In this document: positions 61,601 through 64,000 of the stretch, piece by piece
Numbering within the stretch: position 1 is the first letter of the stretch
How the letters are laid out: each line of letters begins with the position of its first letter
Source: Azolla caroliniana
Taxonomy: Eukaryota; Plantae; Polypodiophyta
DNA length: 64,000 nucleotides
Direction of reading: 5' to 3'
Assembly (NCBI GenBank): GCA_043228905.1
Contig: JBHGNT010000009.1
Span: 9,424,001 to 9,488,000, forward strand
Notes under the pieces: generated by a model
What the model saw: only the letters and a program-made list of their open reading frames with translations
What the model was told of the DNA's origin: nothing
The model's database searches: none
Position numbers and translations under genes: made by a program

Positions 61601-62241
61601 TTGGGAAGGATAGTCACTTCCTTTCCATCAATTTGTATTTTGTAGCTGATATGTTTTCAAAACAAATGGAAGGATATGTTTTTTTGGAAAAAAAGGGAGA
61701 TATATAGATATTTCTTTAACATCCAAGGGAAATCAATTACGATCAATGAGACAGGCTTAGCCTAGCCCATGGCAAGGATTGAACTTGGGTTCTCTCAATT
61801 TTATGACTTGGAGGTTATGGTGTGAACTTCCAAGGCAACAAATAGAGAAAAAAAATTACCACCAATCTATTGCAACTAACAAAAATTCAAGTTGTGTAGC
61901 ATGAAACCTAGTCCATAGAGTCTTGATCAAATTCATGAAGATGATGAATGGACACCATTGTTTCATGACTCAATTAACATAATTAGTGAGGATAATGGGA
62001 CAGATAAAGATGTGGATATGATGTGTAAACATTTAATTATGCAATGATTATTTCTATGGATGACAAATAATGGTGTAGTTTGTCGTTTTGACCTCAAATG
62101 TGAACCTCAAAGATATTATCATATATATATATATAGGATATTGGTTCATGTCTATAAATACTTGATAGCAAGTTCATACAAGTTATGTTAGTTAAACCTT
62201 GGTGTTTTTTGAGAAGACAATTTTAAATATAAAAGTCAAAG

Positions 62242-62476
62242 TTGGACTAAATCTAGATAAAACTTAACCATCCCACCGATATACATCAATATACTTGTAT
62301 TACAATGGGGGATGAATAAAGGATATTCTATCAAAACGGTTTTATATGATCATCAATCCAATTTGGACTAAATCTAGATAAAACTTAGACCGTATCATCC
62401 CATAAATATACTTGTATTACAATGGGGGATGACTAAAATATATTGCATCAAAACGGTATTATATGATCATCAATCA
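62242..62476. repeat. ~120-bp tandem duplication
   Basis: ttggactaaatctagataaaactta...tatatgatcatcaatc occurs twice. Confidence 0.85.
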
Positions 62477-63226
62477 AAAGATCTTCACGAAGAGAGTCGA
62501 CAGACTTTCAAATAGCTCAATATTGTGGTGTGAGGGCCATGGTAAAGAATACAATCAAAAGCAATTCAAAATACATAACCTATTAATTATCCTGCTAACA
62601 AAATACATGTACCATAATCATCAAAGACATAATATTCTATGGAAATCAATCACATGAAATTATCTCTCACTAGCTTTACTAATGCAGTGAGAGTGAGTCC
62701 ATTGGTGTCATCAATAATCCTTCACACCAATACTCTTCAGAACACCCGGGCCTGTGGTTTTTATGTATTTTAATGCTCCGGACTACAACTTTACATAGAA
62801 CAGTGTGAGTGCTTTCGTTTTCAATTGATTTTTTTCTTGATCCATTTATTTTTCCCCTTCTTTTAGTCAAGAAGAATAGTTAACCTTGTTCACCATCACA
62901 ACCGTCTCCGTCTCACTATGTAATCAACACGTGTTGGAGGGGTACGGTGAGATGGTTTTTTTCTTTTTAATTCGAGAAAATCCTTCCCGATTTCAGCAAC
63001 CTGCCACTCGATAACGTTGTTCTTGAATATTGAATGAGCGCATTGTTACGTAGAGATAACATTATAGTTATACATGTTTAAAGAGAGAAAGGTTTGCTGC
63101 TACTTACATGGAGAGAAGAATTTCCATTGAGAGAATGAAATGAACAAGATGTTCTATTCATATTCCAAAACCTCAAAAAGAAAAGAGAGAACAAAACATT
63201 AACAAAGATAGCAGTTAGCTACATCA

Positions 63227-64000
63227 TCAAGCTTCACTAGCTATCATTAGGAGGTTCTTAACAAGTTCTTTAAGTCTCTGCATTATCTTGTTCTTTTGCT
63301 CATCCTCACTATTTGATATCCCCTCTTCCATTCTTCCATCAATCTGCTTATTTATCTCTTCACAAACCTCTTGATTAGTCTGGGAAAGTGTTATTTTCAA
63401 GCACCTCCTTGGTGATAATAACCTTGTATAAACAATGTCTAACGCACCCAATGCGTTGGAATAGTCTTCCACCTTCAACGACATAAGAGCTTGCCATAAA
63501 AAGAGTGATGATATGCCCTCTAAAATCATTGAATCTCCCCTTCTGAGTAGCTTGCTCACTTCATTGAGAAATTGTATGGAAAAACAAGACTTTTTATCTC
63601 TTTTAGTATTAGCTGAACTCCCTTCTTCTTGAGAAGTTCTTGATTCTTCCTCTCTATCTTTGGCTTCAGCACTTCTCATTATTTCATAGGCAGACTTGGT
63701 GAAACTTGCAACCCATGGCCTCAATAATCTCTTACCAATCTGATCATTAGAAAAAGCATAAAAGCTATGAAGAGAAGCATCCATAGGTTTAGCCATAGCT
63801 TTAACTGAAGATGATATGCTTATAAAAATGTCTGGGATCCAAGGTTTGATAGAAACCAAGAATGATGTTGCTGCCTTTGGGCCGAAGAAAGCATCGCTAT
63901 ACATGAGCAGATCTAGAAGATCATTGGCTATTTCTGAATATTGTATGGCCCGTCCAGTGTCATTCCTTAGGCTTATATAAAGCATTCTTGCACCATGAGT
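63227..64000 (-). CDS. 3' part of an unidentified, probably host, protein-coding exon running off the window
   Basis: Stop-free for >255 codons in AT-rich DNA up to the window edge. No transposon motifs recognised. Confidence 0.55.
   Translation of the reverse strand, partial: THGARMLYISLRNDTGRAIQYSEIANDLLDLLMYSDAFFGPKAATSFLVSIKPWIPDIFISISSSVKAMAKPMDASLHSFYAFSNDQIGKRLLRPWVASFTKSAYEIMRSAEAKDREEESRTSQEEGSSANTKRDKKSCFSIQFLNEVSKLLRRGDSMILEGISSLFLWQALMSLKVEDYSNALGALDIVYTRLLSPRRCLKITLSQTNQEVCEEINKQIDGRMEEGISNSEDEQKNKIMQRLKELVKNLLMIASEA

Noticed and set aside
61770-61850. Possible antisense tRNA-derived SINE head (ggattgaac)
   Set aside because: Only a partial B-box; no A-box, TSD or second copy.

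Overview
Eukaryotic land-plant DNA, probably a non-seed plant such as a fern or lycophyte (inference from the PLS-type PPR remnants and the retroelement types). About 54 kb is a nest of LTR retrotransposons, most of whose junctions can be read from LTR ends and target-site duplications (TSDs). An old chromovirus (11409-46135) carries an Arg-primed Gypsy with an extra ORF (14551-37326). That Gypsy carries a solo LTR and a Copia (20508-33293), which carries a young Trp-primed Gypsy (24845-31928). A second Trp-primed Gypsy (37961-44941) sits in the same old chromovirus. A very young chromovirus with apparently identical LTRs lies at 48285-53952. The last 10 kb holds a LINE 3' fragment, tandem repeats, two PPR pseudogenes and an ORF running off the window. 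Four signals stand out. (1) A Gypsy lineage makes 4-bp TSDs that are all centred on CpG (4 of 4 insertions, one with an ambiguous boundary). (2) Chromovirus LTRs carry an antisense tRNA-like A/B-box module. (3) The same chromoviruses have a self-complementary, covarying PBS, consistent with tRNA-independent self-priming. (4) Two distinct -1 frameshift cassettes are each conserved between paralogous copies. All alignments and mismatch counts were done by eye.
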